The position numbers were made by a program, and so were the translations under genes. From contig CM075983.1 of the NCBI GenBank assembly GCA_038087875.1, positions 13,392,001 through 13,456,000 on the forward strand: 64,000 bases of DNA. Reading direction: 5' to 3'. This document shows positions 12,501 through 24,500 of the stretch, in pieces. The notes under the pieces are model-generated. The model did not search any database. It saw only the letters and a list, made by a program, of their open reading frames with translations, and had not been told where the DNA came from. Numbering within the stretch: position 1 is the stretch's first letter; each line of letters starts with the position of its first letter. This DNA is from Malacoraja senta. Lineage: Eukaryota.

Positions 12501-15500
12501 ACACATGACAAAGGGAGTTTAGTGAATAACGTTTAGTGCAAGATAAAGTCCAGCAAAGTCCAGTCAAAGATAGTCCGAGAGTCTCCAATGAGGTAGATAT
12601 TAGCTCAGGACTGCTCCCTAGTTGTTGGTAGGATGGTCCAGTTGCCTGATAACATTGGGGGGAAAACTGTCCCTGAATCTAGAGGTGTGGGTTTTCACAC
12701 TTCTGTGCCTATTGCTTGATAGGAGAGGGGAGAAGAGGGAGTGGCTGTGGTGTGACTTGTCCGTGATTATGCTCGTCCTTAATTACATCTTCATTGATTC
12801 TAAAACAATCCATTGCTTTCAATCTCTGTAAAGTGGGAGATTCAATGGTAGAGTATGACAGAATATAAGCCTTTCTTCAGCAAGTTATCCAACGAGCACA
12901 TTTCTACCCAAATCCAGCAGAGCCCCTGTCCTACTGGTTATGTTATGGATGAGAGCAGCGTGATGCACTGCCCCAAGACGGTACACATATTTGATAAACG
13001 AGGATTGTGTAGCCAGCATTTAGAGGTAAGTTCTGTCTCTATATGACAGACAGAATACGGCACCATGCAATGTTGTAAAGCGGCATGTTCTCCCCGTTCT
13101 CCATTTTGAACCATGTGTCCGTGGCTGTACATTCTCTGTTTGTGAACGGCACATGGAAATGATGCTTCTTAGATCAGTAAACTTATCTTTCCATTAACAA
13201 ACCATTCACAAATGAATAAAGTCGCCTTTGAAAAATAACATAAGCTAATGTAAATAAAGGGCGGCACAGCGGTAGAGTTGCTGCCTTACGGTGCTTACAG
13301 CGCCAGAGACCTGGGTTCGATCCGGACTACGGGTGCTGTCTGTACGGAGTTTGTACATTCTCCCCATGACCGTGTGGGTTTTCTCTGAGATCTTCGGTTT
13401 CCTCCCACACTCCAAAGACGTACTGGTTTGTAGGTTAATTGGCTTGGTATAAATGTAAAATTATCTCTAGTATGTGTACGATAGTATTAATGTGTGTTGC
13501 TGTTCAGTGGGGACTCGGTGGGTGAAGGGCCTGTTTCCGCATTGTATCTCTAAACTAAACTAAACTAAAGTACCAATTCAAACTTCACTTGATCTATGTC
13601 ATCCAGATAATCATTCCTTTATATTATTTGTAATATTTTTAACCTAAAAAAAAAAATCACTCTCATTTGTGTTAGTTACGTTTATCAAGTTAAATGTTCT
13701 TTGGGTGCAGGAAAGAGCAGAAAGGATTATCTGAGACTGAAGTACAGAGAAATAGATATTAATGCTTCAAATTGCACTTTTAGAAATAAGAAATGTTAGC
13801 CAGTCTAACACAGCCAAGAATCCATTCTGCAGCTTACTAGATAAATCAGGCTTTTAAGGGCCTGTCCCACTTTCACGACCTAATTCACGACCTCTGCCGA
13901 GTTTGCCCTTGACTCATACTTGCAGCATGGTCGTCACGAGGTCGTAGGTAGGTCGTAGGTAGGTTGTGATGCTAGTCGTGGCATCAAGTAGGTCGGGGCG
14001 TTTTTCTAGCCTGATGAAAAATGTCCATGAGTAAAAAAGGTTGTGAATTAGGTCGTGAAAGTGGGACAGGCCCTTAAGTCAACCAGAAAAAAATAACTGT
14101 GTACCAAATGCAGGCGGGTGGCTGTAAGGTAGCAACTCTATGGCTGCGCCACTGTGCTGATTAAGTTTAAATTGATTAATTTCTTAATAGATGGTAGATG
14201 AGGAATGAGTGTGACATTACTATTTCTCGCATAAGCAGCCTTGTAAGTTGAAGATATGTCAGTTAAGGCTTAATTAGAGCAATTTTTATTTCATAAGCTT
14301 GTGGCTTCCAGGAATTGATAGAGAGAATCAAGCCATTAGTCATCAAAGTGCCAGCCAAGACCTGCCATTATTAAAAGGGCTAGCTGATAAGCAAGCCAGC
14401 TCTTTCAAAAGCATATAGCGGGCTTGGCCAACCCCTAAACCCATAGCTTTTCAGATCCCTCTAAAAGCACACCTCATAATAGTTAATCTTTTACCCCTCA
14501 TAGCAATGATCAAATCTCTATGCACTTACTTATGTAGAGTGGTCTCTTTTTCTCCTTCTGAGAGAGTCGTCATACAAAGTGCTTTGCACGAAAAGAATAT
14601 TCAAACAATAGTATCTTTTCACAGGACAAAACAAACAGTGCCCTTATTTAATTTGGTTCAAACAAAAAAATTCTACACAGCACAGCTGTATCCAACAACC
14701 CTTTTATCAAACACTCCTGATGACATTTACAAATGATGAATGCATTGGGGTGTGTTATGTGCAATTAACACACAATGCTACAGTAAATTCATAACTTTCA
14801 CAACCTACTCACCAGATTCCTGTTTCTTCAACTGTTGAAGAATAAACAGATGTCTGTGGCGTGGCTAGTAGGGTCGATGTCTCAGCACCAGAGACCCAAG
14901 TTCGATCCTGACATCGAGTGCTGTCTGTGTGGAGTTTGCACCGTTCTCCCTGTGACCGCGTAGGCTTCTTCCCAGTGCTCCACTTTCCTTTCACATCCCC
15001 AAAATGTGCAGGTTTGTACATTGCCCCTAGTGCGTAAATGTACATTGCCCCTAGTGCGTAAATGTACATTGCCCCTAGTGTGTAAATGTACATTGCCCCT
15101 AGTGCGTAAATGTACATTGCCCCTAGTGTGTAAATGTACATTGCCCCTAGTGCGCAAATGTACATTGCCCTTGGTGCGTAAAGAGTGGATGATAAAATGG
15201 GATAGCATAGAATACGCACGGGTTTTCAATGGTTGGCATGGACTCGATGGGCCGAAGGGCCTATTTCCATGCTGTATCTAAACTGAACTAAGCTAAATTA
15301 AGAACAGCTTAAGGGTTGCAGTCTTCATGAAATAAATTTGCAAATCTCTTTACTTGGTATAAAGGTGCTAATTTCTTCAAATTCACACGTTTGACTAATT
15401 TGCCATGGTAATGGGGTAGATACCAACTGCACTGTATGTTTCTGACCAAAGGAGCACTCTTTAATTTTACCACAAACTATGCACATTGGTTATTTTTTAT

Positions 15501-18500
15501 CAGAAGCTGCTTAGTTTAGAGCTACAGTACAGAAACAGGCCCTTCGGCACACTGAGTCTGTGCCAAACAGCGATCCCCGTACACTAACACTCTCCTACAC
15601 ATTAGCGACAATTTACAATTTTTACTGAAGCCAATTAACCTAGAAACCTGCACGTCTTTGGATTGTGGGAGGAAACTGGAGCACCCGGAGAAAACCACGC
15701 GGTCACGAGGAAAACATGCAAACTCCATACAGACGGCATCAGTAGTCAGGATCAAACCCGGGTCTCTGGCGCTGTAAGGCAGCAATTCTACCGCTGCGCC
15801 ACCGTGCCGTCTCTCTGAATGTTTCTTTCTTCTGAATGGATCTTAGTCTCAAAAACTGCACTGACATCTGTTGATTCTCTCTAAGGACAAGAATGAATCT
15901 ACAGTATTGATGTCCAGTTCTCATTGTTGTAGGCTTCAAGTGTTTAATTGTCAAATGAATCGGCAATGGAACAATATGATTCTTACATGCGGAAGCTGAA
16001 CAGGCCCAACAACACACAAATAAATATGTAATAATCAATTATACCATAATAACAGTTACTTGAGGTAACTATAAAGTGCAAAACCAAAGTCCGTAGACAA
16101 CCAAAAAGAAAGTTCATAGAAGATCATAGTTCTGTGATAGTGGTCAGTGTTGTGCAATGTTCAAGAGCCTGATGGTTGCCGGGAAGAAGCTCTTCTTGAA
16201 CGTGGTCACGCTTTTCAGGCTCCTGTACCTTCTTCCCAAGGGTAGTAGTGAGATGACAGTGCGGGCAGGGTGATGTGGATCTTTGATGATCTTGGCTGCC
16301 TTTTTGAGGAAGCTCCTCCTATAGATTATAAGGTCATGTCATGTGATGGGAGCGGAATTAGGCCATTCGGCCCATCAATTCTACTCCGCCATTTAATCGT
16401 GGCTGATTTATCTCTCCCTCCTCACCCCATTCTCCTGCCTTCTCCCCATAACCCATCACAGCCGTACTAATCAAGAATCTATCTATCTCTGCCTTAAAAA
16501 TATCCATTGGCCTCCACAGCCATCTGTGGCAAAGAATTCCACAAGAGTCACCACCTTCTGGCTAAAGAAATTCCTCCTCACATCCTTCCTAAAGGAACGT
16601 CCTTTAATTCTGAGGCTATGACTGGTCCTAGACTCTCCCAGCCTTCGATGGTGGGGAGGTCAGTACCTGTGATGGATCAGGCAGTGTCTACCACTCTCTG
16701 TAGCCTCCTCCATTCCTGGGTGTTTGAGTTACCAAACCAGGCCACGATGCAACCAGTCAGTTTGCTCTCTCCCGTACACATGCTCATATACTGTTATATA
16801 AGGCTGACTCGGTGTCTTATGGCTGCATGTTTTTATTTACAGATCTACTTCTATGGGGGCAACATGACGTTTATAAATCCAGCCTTCAAAGGCAGATTAT
16901 TGGCAGGACATAAACCAGGAAATGCATCAATTACCATTGAAAAGTTGCGACCTACCGACTCTGGGAATTATATCTGTGAAGTTGAGAATCCACCAGACTT
17001 CACAGGCAATAACATCGGATCAGCAACACTCACAGTTTTAGGTAGTGTATCACTTACCTCCACTGCTATAAACCTTTTTCCCCCCATGTGTAATTTTGTG
17101 TACTTCACGCTGATTTGGAACACATTTCACAGGGTTCATCCAACATTTGAACCCTTGCACAGAGCTCGAGTGTAACGTGTATATAAGTCACTCTATCAAA
17201 AAACAATACTCAACTCTAATCTCAGAATAATCTCAGAATACCCGAAATCTTGTCGGCCCGTGGGACCGTTAACCTGCCCGAAGGCTCGGTGGACAGTGTG
17301 ACCAGGAGGGAGCTGGAGACGTCAGGCGCTAGGAGTGGGCTGGTACGAGGGTGAACCAGGGTAATGCCTCCAGCGCCTTCACGGTCAGCTGCAGGAGGCG
17401 CGCCCGGGACACAAAGATGGATGGGTGAGGAGAGGGACGTCGGTTCGTGGGAACTGCTCCAGTACATCAAGCGGGCGGGCGGATCGGACTTTGGACTTTG
17501 AATAATGGCGCCAAAAATGGTGGCGCCTGCAGGTGTAATATATGCAACAGGATTCCACTGTGCATGTTGCATATGTGAGAAATAAAGCTCCTTTGAACCA
17601 TAAAGAACCTCACGTGGCAGCCCTCCTATTGTCGTTCTGCACAACGTTGCTAAGCATCATTAATTTGTGCCTATTTTGTGCTGTGGGTCTGGAATTGGGT
17701 TGAGGATCTCCCAATTCATTTCACACAGGGGCCTTCAGACAGAGAAGACCTTCATCACTTGGGTCTTGATTCCAATGATATGCAGACTCCAAGCATATAT
17801 CTGAGGTAAAATTCAAAGGCTAACACACTGCATTGCAGAATTACAGACTTCATTCTTATAAGTTTAGTCCCTCTTTTAAGACCATGTTTATAGGCTGTCG
17901 TTCAGATGGGCTCTGCATGTGTCGAAGCATGAAAGTGGAGTCTGAAGAATGGTCATGACCCAAAACGTCACCCATTCCTTCTCTCCAGAGATGTTGCCTG
18001 TCCCGCTGAGTTACTCCAGCATTTTGTATCTACCTTCGATTTAAACCAGCATCTGCAGTTCTTTCCTACAAGTGAAAGTGGACAGTGCTGTAGTTTAAGG
18101 TGGTACAAAGCAAAGAGTCAGACAACACGTGACTCTGGGAAAAGGTCGTGTGATCCAGTGATGATTAGTCTGAAAATCCTTGCAGTTTCACGCTTGTTGA
18201 AGCTGATGCAATGTCTCAACCAAATTTATCTAGTTTAATATTGATCAGAGGTTATACAGGCACCTTGTGTTTCACACGGGGGTTATGTGCTTGAAAAGCA
18301 GCGTGTAAATAAAAAATGTGTAAATTAAGCATATATGCGACCATGTTTAGTTTAGTTTAGAGATACAGCGTGGAAACAGGCCCTTTGGCCCACCGAGTCT
18401 GCGCCGACTAGCAATCCCTGCACACTAGCACTATCCTACACACTAGGGACAATCTACAATTCTTACTGAAGACAATTAACCTACAAACCTGTACATTTGA

Positions 18501-21500
18501 GGAGTAAATTTGAGCGTGCTATTCCAAAAATACCAGCACATAAATGAAGCTTTGGTATTAAAGGAGCAAGAGCTAAAACACATGATTCTAGCACGTAAAA
18601 TGCAAGGTGCCTGTACTTAGCATCTATTAGCTCAATTACCCAATTATTTTTTATCAACTGAGTCTTTAGAGGGAAATTTGAAGTCAATCTGTTAATTTAG
18701 TGCAGTATGTGGAATCCAAAAAGACCAATGTAGTTTCCACAATGAGGAAAATATTTAACCTGCAATTTTGTGAAAGTCGAGGTCACAACGATAAACAAAA
18801 ACTAGCTGTGATATTCCTCTTCATCTTGGCCTGACTCTCATATACTGTTTGCCTCAAATGTAACATATTTGCAACATTTTCTCTCCTTGGCACTTTGGAG
18901 TTAAGTGTTCCCCAAGTTTGTTGAAGTCAATGTTTCTAAGTCTTAGTGAGCTCTTATTTATTGTAGAGTTTTTGTAGTTACAGTATTTACTTGTTTTAAC
19001 TTTGGCGTCATTCCAATGCATGCATGTTTAGCACAAGAAACCAAATGGCGTTTTGTCATTGAACAAATATTGTACTACCAGTAAAAATTTTGTTTGCGAG
19101 TAATATGGGTGAGGTTCCAGTAGAAGCATTATGTAGAAAGCTTGCAATTCCCTCAGTCAATATGGCTGAAGTCTGTAATGCACCAATCAGTATCCTTAAG
19201 AAAGAACTTTAAAAATTATTTTGATATCAATTATATTATTACAGCATTATATAATGTTGACTATGTTATTTCCTTGTCGCCAACTGTTGACCTTCATCAA
19301 AATATCGCTGTCATTACTTTTTTTTGAAGATTGATTCAATAGCATTAAGAAAAGTAAGGTTGACTGCCAGTGTAAAAAGACCCAAACAAACAAAACTAGT
19401 CATGGCATGAATTTTAGAAACAAGGAACTGCAGATGCTGGTTAATACACAAAAAGACACACAAAGTGTTGGAACAACTCAGCAGGTCAGGCAGCATCTCT
19501 GGAGAACATGGATAGGTGACGTTTTGGGTTGAGACCATGCTTCAGAGTTTGAAGTAGGGTTTTGACCCAAAATGTCACCCATTCCTTCTCTCCAGAGATG
19601 CTGCCTGTCCCGCTGAGTTACTCCAGCATTTTGTGTCTATGCTGCCTAACTTGCTGAGTTACTCCAGCACTTTGAGTCCCTTGTGGCATAAATATTACTT
19701 TGTAAATTATATACGAAAGCAAGCTCGCGATTATTTCAGTGCCATTTTTCCTGATTTTTTAGAACACTTTCAAGGCATTGAACCTTTGAGCTTGCACAAA
19801 TCAAGCCACTTGAATCATCGATGACCTTGCTGGATCTGTAAGCATTCCCAGATGTCTACTATATTCAAGCCGAAATGAATGACCACACCTGAACAAATAT
19901 TGAAACTTATTGTACAACTTGTTGGCTCTGTGTATGTACAGAGGCTGATTGTCAGAGGCATTCTAAGTAGTTCCAGTCAGTTCATGTATTTCATGCGGCA
20001 GTAGTCCAACCCAAACCTATCTTTTACTTCAAATGAACCGGGGGGGAAAAATTGAGATAAAACAAGCTTTAAGTTTATGAGAAGCAAGGAGAGATTAAAT
20101 GGCATGCATAGGGGTGATAATACAAAGTGAAAATGGTTCAAGAACAAATATAGAAACTGTTATGAAATGATAATTGAAAAAACGAAGGCCTCAACCTTTA
20201 TAATAATAATAATAATAATAATAATGGATTGGATTTATATAGCGCCTTTCTAATACCCAAGGCGCTTTACATCGCATTATTCATTCACTCCTCAGTCACA
20301 CTCGGTGGTGGTGAGCTACTTCTGTAGCCACAGCTGCCCTGGGGCAGACTGACGGAAGCGTGGCTGCTAATCTGCGCCTACGGCCCCTCCGACCACCACC
20401 AATCACTCACACACATTCACACACATTCACACGCAGGCAAAGGTGGGTGAAGTGTCTTGCCCAAGGACACAACGACAGTATGCACTCCAAGCGGGATTCG
20501 AACTGGCTACCTTCTGGTTGCCAGCCGAACACTTAGCCCATTGCGCCATCTGTCGTCCTAATGTGTATCTCCACATTGTGGGACTTCAGCTAATTGGGAC
20601 TTCAGTCTGTGGTTTATAGGTTCCACAAAAAAAGAATAATATGTTTTTAATGTTGTCCAATGCTGTTTTACCAGTTCCACAGTTCACAACAATATATCCC
20701 TCTTTTCCCCTTATCATGTATCTGTACACTGTCGATGGCTCGATTGTAATCATGTATTGTCTTTCCGCTGAGTGGATAGCAGGCAACACAAGCTTTTCAC
20801 TGTACCGCGGTATACATGACAATAAACTAAACTCAAACTCTTGAGAATGCAGGGTGACTTGGAAAGATTGGATGAGTGGGCAGATGCATGGCAGATGCAG
20901 TTTAATGTGGATAAATGTGAGGTTATCCACTTTGGTAGCAAAAACAGGAAGGCAGATTATTATCTAAATGGTGTCAAATTGGGAAAAGGGGAAGTATAAC
21001 AGGATCTGGGGGGGTTCTTGTTCATCAGTCTATGAAAGTAAGCATGCAGGTACAGCAGGCAGTGAAGAAAGCGAATGGCATGTTGGCCTTCATAACAAGA
21101 GGAGTTGAGTATAGGAGCAAAGAGGTCCTTCTGCAGTTGTACAGGGCCCCAGTGAGACCACACCTGGAGTATTGTGTGCAGTTCTGGTCCCCTAATTTGA
21201 GGAAGGACATTCATGCTATTGAGGGAGTGCAGCGTAGGTTCACGAGGTTAATTCCTGGGATGGCGGGACTGTCAAATGCTGAGAGAATGGAACGGCTGGG
21301 CTTGTATACTCTGGAATTTAGAAGGATGAGAGGGGATCTTATTGAAACATATAAGATTATTAAGGGTTTGGACACGCTAGAGCCAGAAAACATGTTCCCA
21401 ATGTTGGAGGAGTCCAGAACCAGGGGTCAAAGTTTAAGAATAAATGGCAAGCCATTTAGAATGAAGATGAGGAAACACTTTTTCACAGAGAGTTGTGAGG

Positions 21501-24500
21501 CTGTGGAATTCTCTGCCTCAGATGGAGGCCGGTTCTCTGGATACTTTAAGAGAGAGCTAGATAGGGCTCTTAAAGATAGCGGAGTCAGGGGATATGGGGA
21601 GAAGGCAGGAACGGGGTACTGATTGGGGATGATCAGTCATGATCACATTGAATGGCGGTGCTGGCTCGAAGGGCCGAATGGCCTATCCTGCACCTATTGT
21701 GTATTATATTGGATTGTATCACATGTTTCCTAACCAACAATTGCCTTACCAGGGAACCCCCCTGCCTGAGGTCATCTGTTTCCGGCCCTGATTTGTCCTA
21801 GTCTTTTCTCGTCTCTCCAGTTCTTTCATAGGCTCCTTTCATGCAAAGAAATTGAACCAAATTTGGCGGGAACAAAATCACACATGGGAATAAATTTGAG
21901 CAATATGAAATAATCTGTAGCTTTTCTTCCATTATTTTGCAAAACAGAGATTATATGTAGAAGTATGAGAGAAATGTAATCTATTCTGCATTTTCCTTGA
22001 TCTGCATTACCTTTGATGTCCCGTTTTCACACCTTACACTTCCTTATCTTTGTGTCTCCCTCACCCCAGACTCTCAGTCTGAAGAAGGGCCTCGAACCAA
22101 AAAGTCACCCATTCCTTCAATCCAGAGCAGAGGTGCTGCCTGTCCCGCTGAGTTACTCCCGCATTTTGTGTCTATCTTCAGAGATTTTAATAAAGTCATT
22201 TAATTTTTTTAATTGCAGTTCCACCCTCCAAGCCAAACTGTGGCATTGTCGCACACCCGGTGAAGGCCAGGTCAGCAATCCTTACCTGCCATTGCGATAA
22301 AGGCGTCCCAAGTCCCAGGTATCGCTGGGTGAAATTGGTAGACCAGGTTCATCAAAACATTTCTGGTCATCTTGGTAAGAAAGAAAAGAGACAAAAGTCA
22401 AGACTGTTTTATTCTCCTATGTTCTAGACAGAACAATTCAATTATTACTTACAGCAGCATAATAGAACATGTAAACATAGTACACTGTAAACAATACTCT
22501 ATTCCATGGAGCGCAGGGGGGTGACGGGTGATCTTATAAAGGTGTACAAAATCATGAGAGGAATAGATCGGGTAGAGGCACAGATTCTCTTGCCCAGAGT
22601 TGGGGAATCGAGGACCAAAGGCATAGGTTCAAGGTGAAGAGGAAAAAATTTAATAGGAATCTGAGGGGTAACTTTTTCACACAAAGGGTGGTGGGTGTAT
22701 GGAACAAGCTGCCAGAGGAGGTAGTTGAGGCTGGGACTATCCCATCATTTAAGAAACAGTTAGACAGGTACATGGATAGGACAGGTTTGGTGGGATATGG
22801 ACCAAGCGCAGGCAGGTGGGACTACTGTAGCTGGGACATTGTTGGCCGGTGCCTGTTTCCACACTGTATCACTCTATGGCTCTAATATAATAAACAAAAA
22901 AACATTCAATGGAAAAAGTATGTATATANNNNNNNNNNNNNNNNNNNNNNNNNNNNNNNNNNNNNNNNNNNNNNNNNNNNNNNNNNNNNNNNNNNNNNNN
23001 NNNNNNNNNNNNNNNNNNNNNNNNNNNNNNNNNNNNNNNNNNNNNNNNNNNNNNNNNNNNNNNNNNNNNNNNNNNACGCATGCACATACACGNNNNNNNN
23101 NNNNNNNNNNNNNNNNNNNNNNNNNNNNNNNNNNNNNNNNNNNNNNNNNNNNNNNNNNNNNNNNNNNNNNNNNNNNNNNNNNNNNNNNNNNNNNNNNNNN
23201 NNNNNNNNNNNNNNNNNNNNNNNNNNNNNNNNNNNNNNNNNNNNNNNNNNNNNNNNNNNNNNNNNNNNNNNNNNNNNNNNNNNNNNNNNNNNNNNNNNNN
23301 NNNNNNNNNNNNNNNNNNNNNNNNNNNNNNNNNNNNNNNNNNNNNNNNNNNNNNNNNNNNNNNNNNNNNNNNNNNNNNNNNNNNNNNATAATAATGCAAA
23401 AGGATAAAACCAATGCCAATATGTAGTTCATAGCTGATTTGGAGGTTGTAATGTTTAATAGCCCAACAGAAAGCAAATTCTTATCTCTAAGTTGCATCTT
23501 ATACCTTTCAACTTTTCCCATCTATTCTTTGTCTCATGATTCTTCCTAACCAGCGAGTGAACAGTTTCTACTGTAGGAATCTATTTTGTTTAATATTTCA
23601 GATCCAAGGACTGGAATGTTGACCATTTCAAATATTTCTGATAATGAAAATGGTATTTACCAGTGCATCGCATTCAATATACTGGGAGATGAAACATGCA
23701 CTGTCGACTTGACAAAACTTTGTAAGTATCCCTTGATAGCTTGTTAAGTTTGGGATAAAGAAAAACAAAAAATGCTGGAAACACTCAATAATCAGGCAGC
23801 ATCTGTGTAAAGAGAAACAAAGATAGTCCGAAGGTCTCCAATTAGGTAGATATTGGCTCAGGACTGCTCACTAGTTGTTGGTAGGATGGTTCAGTTGCCT
23901 GAAAACAGCTAGGAAGAAACTGTCCCTGAATCTGGAGGTGTGTGTTTTCACACTTCTATACCTCTTGCCCGATGGACGAGGGGAGTAGAGGAAGTGGCCA
24001 GTGTGCGACTTGACCTTGATTATGCTGTTGGCCTTGCCAAGGCAGTGTGAGGTGTAGATGGAGTCAATGGAAAGGAGGTTGGTTTGTATGATGGTCTGGG
24101 CTACGTCCACAATTCTCTGCTATTTCCTGAGAGCTCAACTGCTGGGCATCCTTACGATGCAAATCACTTTGTAGGATTGTAGACAGAATGAAGACAGAGC
24201 TAGAACTGCTGAGAGTTTATGAGCTGGGGAGTGTATAGTGAAGAGAGTAAGAACGTTAAATGGAAGAGAGTATAATGCTGGTCAGAAGTGACTTTAACAA
24301 CTTCGGGATGGGAGTATTGGAGCCAGGAGAGTGAATGTTCAAAAGCTTATGGGAAACCCTTGCCTTATTCAAAATCTAAATGTCATGTTACACTTTCCTT
24401 GAACATTGATCAAATATAAAATTCCAATATAAAAATTCAACATGTTCAGAGTGACCATAATTTTACTTGCCCAACTTTAAACCTACAACATCTGGATTTT

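Noticed and set aside
13259-13330. tRNA-like heads of HE1-type SINEs as tRNA genes
   Set aside because: They have A/B boxes but no complete cloverleaf and are followed by SINE body and LINE-derived tail.
14809-15281. Repetitive-peptide ORFs (GAMYIYAL, RGNVHLRT, KCTLPLVR)
   Set aside because: These are translations of the 24-bp tandem repeat inside a SINE.
16507-17175. 222-aa ORF as a stand-alone gene
   Set aside because: It is a read-through of antisense CR1/Rex-type repeat sequence into VSIG1 exon 3 (16843..17041) and on into the intron.
17222-17644. 140-aa GC-rich minus-strand ORF
   Set aside because: No recognisable domain. It resembles a GC-rich retroelement UTR fragment (GGCGCCA motifs, GGACTTTGGACT) rather than an exon.
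22797-23521. Long X-containing ORFs (also 50244..50587)
   Set aside because: Artefacts of N runs.
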